A DNA stretch of 64,000 nt from Lama glama (taxonomy: Eukaryota). The stretch is from positions 36,396,001 through 36,460,000 of the forward strand of contig CM052817.1 in NCBI GenBank assembly GCA_028534125.1, in the 5' to 3' direction. The position numbers were made by a program, and so were the translations under genes. Below, piece after piece: positions 62,158 through 64,000 of this stretch (positions within the stretch are counted from its first letter, which is position 1; every line of letters starts with the position of its first letter). The notes below the pieces were generated by a model, which worked only from the letters and a program-made list of their open reading frames with translations, was not told where the DNA came from and searched no databases.

Positions 62158-63690
62158 CAGGGCAGCTTCGTGGGTGTGTGACCAGTGTAGTCGGTTGCAC
62201 AGTGTCCTGTTCTCAGAAGGCCCTACGTCTCGTTTAATGTTCTGTCTTAAAATTCTTAACTTTATCTTGTGTTTTGTAAGTGAAGTCTGATGTTAACACT
62301 GCAGTATGGGTGTGAACAGAGGAGATACATGCCATATGTCTATTTCTTGCCAACCTGTTCAAGGTGCCCCATGAGTACAAAATCCCATTGGATCCATGAT
62401 GTGTGGGACTTCAATGAGCCTCAAAGCTAGTATAAGGTATGCAGGTTACCTCTACAACTGAGTAAGCAGGACACTGACAGCCCCTAGAGGCCACACTTCC
62501 TGTCTGAATCAGAACTTGGCTTCCAACACAGAAGGAAGGCAGTGGCATTCTAAGAAACACAAAGGAGCAAGAAACCCTACCATATCATTTCTTACTCCCG
62601 TTAGTTCTGAGTGTTAGGCAACCACTTACGCTGAACATGACCATATAGAAAGAAAAAGAAAGATAGGGCAGCCCATAATTCCTTTTCCTTTCAGTGTTTC
62701 CTTGTAATTACACCAAAATTAGAATGTTGGTAGAACATGCAGGAATCAAGAAGCGGAATAAAACAGTTGAGTTAATTCTGGCAGTGTTTCCACTGTTCTG
62801 ATAAGGATGAAATACACATGCATATAAGAGCTACAAAATAGAAATTGCGTAATTTAGATGATTTCTGCACACAAATTAAATGCTTCTATTTGTATTTAAT
62901 ACTGGTATTGCACAATGTAAAGATGAATGGTAAAATTCATGCTAGTAATTTAAAATTCTATTTTTTACTTAAAACAACATTAAATAGCAAATAAAAACAC
63001 CATTACAAATTGAAAAAGAGATGGTGGAAGATGACCTTACTCACACCAAACAAACATCTAAGCAATAAATTAGAAGGCTAATTACCAGCATGTGAACATT
63101 AGAATGTTTACTATTATTCTTTACAAAACAAACAACTACAAAAAGAAAATGTCAGCAAATTTTTCCCAGCAAGCTGACATCCCAGGAGTGCCTGCACAGA
63201 ACAAGAGAGCAACCTCCCCAGTTACAGCAACCACTAGGTTTATATTTTTCCCTGGTTTTTACTATTTTGGTAATATGAATTGAAAGAAGAAATATTAATA
63301 CCATATGGGGAGACCCCTCCTCAGCCAAAGAAATCTAAACTATATAGTAAACGCTTTTTTTTTTTTTGCTCTTTTGTTCATTTTGGATGCTGGTGGTGAA
63401 CTTCTGAGTGTCATGATTTTTTTAAAAAATGTATGCCTTTCTTATTTATTTTCAGGATGAAGGGAGAATAATACTTTACTTACTTATGTGATTCTCTCTG
63501 AAAATGTGCAGTATGAAGTTCCTCAAAAATTTTTTTTTCCCTTGAAAAGAAAAGATGGGGGGAGGGAATGTGGAAGAAAAGAAAAGCTTTATATTTTAGT
63601 ACCTTTAACTACTCTTTTTTATACTTTTCAAACAAGTGGCTCTGAATTTTCATTTTGTACTGGGCCCACCAAATTATGATGCTGGCACTG
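62158..63690 (+). mobile_element. Long MER45-family (hAT-Tip100) non-autonomous DNA transposon, ~1.5 kb
   Basis: Termini cagggcagct...gctggcactg, MER45-like ends, 8-bp TSD atggcaag/atggcagg. Confidence 0.75.
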
Positions 63691-64000
63691 ATGGCAGGCT
63701 TTAATAACTCAGACTATGCAAAAACATTTACTTTCTAGAACTTATCTAAACTTATTCTCTAGCCTCTGTGCTAGTGAGTGAGCAGAGATCTTAAGTTTAT
63801 CATTTAACCATCTCCATCTCTCCTTTCAACTGTTGCTTTTCTGGTGAATACTCCATTTCTCAGATATTTTCTTCCTTGCCACTCTCCATAGCCCTGTGCC
63901 AATATGGGAACTACAATGAAAAGCTGGAGGAGAAGGACAAAGCAAGGTATTCAAGTCAAAATAGAAGGCTGTTCCCATTATAGAGTTCACCAGGAGAGTT

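Noticed and set aside
56700..64000. Possible additional gene upstream of HERC6
   Set aside because: Only short ORFs in repeat-derived DNA; no exon chain or recognisable protein found.

Overview
Mammalian genomic DNA, most likely a camelid (inferred from multiple copies of a Vic-1-like tRNA-derived SINE). The window holds the tandem interferon-inducible HECT E3 ligase pair on the minus strand. HERC6 is complete: 23 coding exons traced by hand, ATG 55257 to TGA 11631, about 1016 aa, RCC1-like repeats plus a HECT domain with its catalytic Cys. HERC5 follows about 4.5 kb downstream, with exons 1-4 (ATG 7069) in the window and the rest running off the left edge. Both 5' ends are CpG islands with ISRE/IRF clusters. 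The remainder is intron or intergenic DNA full of SINEs, L1/L2 fragments, solo LTRs and hAT DNA transposons. The most notable anomalies are a TG in place of AG at the HERC6 exon 20 acceptor inside the HECT domain, a perfect 98-bp direct repeat bracketing the in-frame exon 10, an LTR-borne ISRE in HERC6 intron 1, and a 15-nt triplication in the HERC5 N-terminus. Gene identity and human comparisons rely on my recollection of the human proteins, and repeat family names are by eye, not from database searches.
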